DNA of 46,140 nucleotides from a virus (Duplodnaviria; Heunggongvirae; Uroviricota; Caudoviricetes): IMG/VR virus record IMGVR_UViG_3300033073_000554, positions 64,001 to 110,140 of that record; one strand, 5' to 3'. Shown piece by piece: positions 45,437 to 46,140 of this stretch (position 1 is its first letter; each line of letters starts with the position of its first letter). The notes under the pieces were generated by a model. It saw only the letters and a program-made list of their open reading frames with translations, ran no database searches and was not told where the DNA came from. The position numbers and the translations under genes were made by a program.

Positions 45437-46140
45437 TTAAATAAATCGTTTAGTTTTAGTATCAATTATAACCGTATACATATCTGGAAGTCTACCCATA
45501 TCAATTTTAAATGGATGATTGAACCTAAGTAATAGATCGGTCATATTTGGAACTGGGTATGAGATATAATTATCATCTCCCCCATTATCATGTAGTAATA
45601 CCAATATTACTGATTCTAGCGTATGTGGTATAACCTTTTTCAATAATTTTTCAAAGTATATCCATTTGGTACCATCAGTCATTTGATTTGAATATATCAA
45701 ATTAGACACAACAAGTGTAACATCAGACGTGGCTACCTCATCAATCGTTAAGTAATCAGCATGTATAACTTGAGAGGTTTCTGATATATTTTCACGTTTA
45801 AAGATCTCATTACTAACTGCAACTAATAAATCATTTGGTTCATACCCGATATATGTCAAGTTAACAAGTGGTAAAGTCTCTGTAATATATCTAGCAATAT
45901 CTCCGCGTTTTGCACCAACTTCAGTTATAGTAAGTGGTCCAACTATTGGTAAATTACCCTTCAATGCTAAGTTGTAAGTATCAATTTGCATCTGAAAATC
46001 TGGGTATCCAACTACTTGTGGATCAGTAAACATTCGTTCTGGAATGACATCCTCATCTGGAATGCTTTGGGATTGATCCTGATAATCGTCTACGGTAGTA
46101 GACACAATATTATCATGGGTTTCTGGTGTATTTGTAGCAT
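45437..46140 (-). CDS. Partial (5' end off window) class I SAM-methyltransferase-like protein, degenerate motif I
   Basis: Frame is open to the window end; ITEVGAKRGDI and YIGYEPN resemble motifs I and II. Confidence 0.5.
   Translation of the reverse strand, partial: ATNTPETHDNIVSTTVDDYQDQSQSIPDEDVIPERMFTDPQVVGYPDFQMQIDTYNLALKGNLPIVGPLTITEVGAKRGDIARYITETLPLVNLTYIGYEPNDLLVAVSNEIFKRENISETSQVIHADYLTIDEVATSDVTLVVSNLIYSNQMTDGTKWIYFEKLLKKVIPHTLESVILVLLHDNGGDDNYISYPVPNMTDLLLRFNHPFKIDMGRLPDMYTVIIDTKTKRFI

Noticed and set aside
1-46140. Stop-codon recoding as in some huge phages
   Set aside because: Core genes are full length in code 11, and TAA, TAG (bS21, tnpB1) and TGA (tnpB2) all serve as terminators.
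1-46140. tRNA, rRNA, DGR or retron elements
   Set aside because: Intergenic spaces are short and show no cloverleaf; no reverse transcriptase or template/variable repeat pair seen.
45437-46140. Confident DNA or RNA methyltransferase call
   Set aside because: Motif I is degenerate (EVGAKRG) and the gene is truncated, so substrate and activity cannot be supported.

Overview
AT-rich segment of a large T4-like (myovirus-type) phage genome. Nearly all genes lie on the minus strand and read in the standard code. It holds the head/packaging module (intein-split gp21-type prohead protease, gp20 portal, gp17 terminase), a phage ribosomal protein bS21, a fused SbcD-SbcC (gp47-gp46) nuclease, a primase, baseplate/tail-type proteins and three further proteases (HslV-like, papain-like, HExxH). 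The bS21-in-head-module layout fits the bS21-encoding huge phages thought to infect Bacteroidota (inference). Six selfish nucleases are present: two TnpB, one IsrB with a recognisable omegaRNA, a LAGLIDADG intein, a NUMOD3/DUF559-type homing endonuclease and a GIY-YIG protein; no tnpA is seen. Top leads: (1) the only tnpB inserted against the operon keeps a stop-free 387-codon antisense frame by avoiding in-frame TTA/CTA/TCA; (2) about 15 proteins share a leader ending in (I/L)-x-E, resembling T4 capsid-targeting sequences, in front of ART-like, ParB-like, kinase-like and modular payloads; (3) a TM+PAS protein in the late cluster; (4) a recurring CTAT(A/T)TATA promoter-like motif also carried by both tnpB cassettes. 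All calls come from motif reading without database searches.
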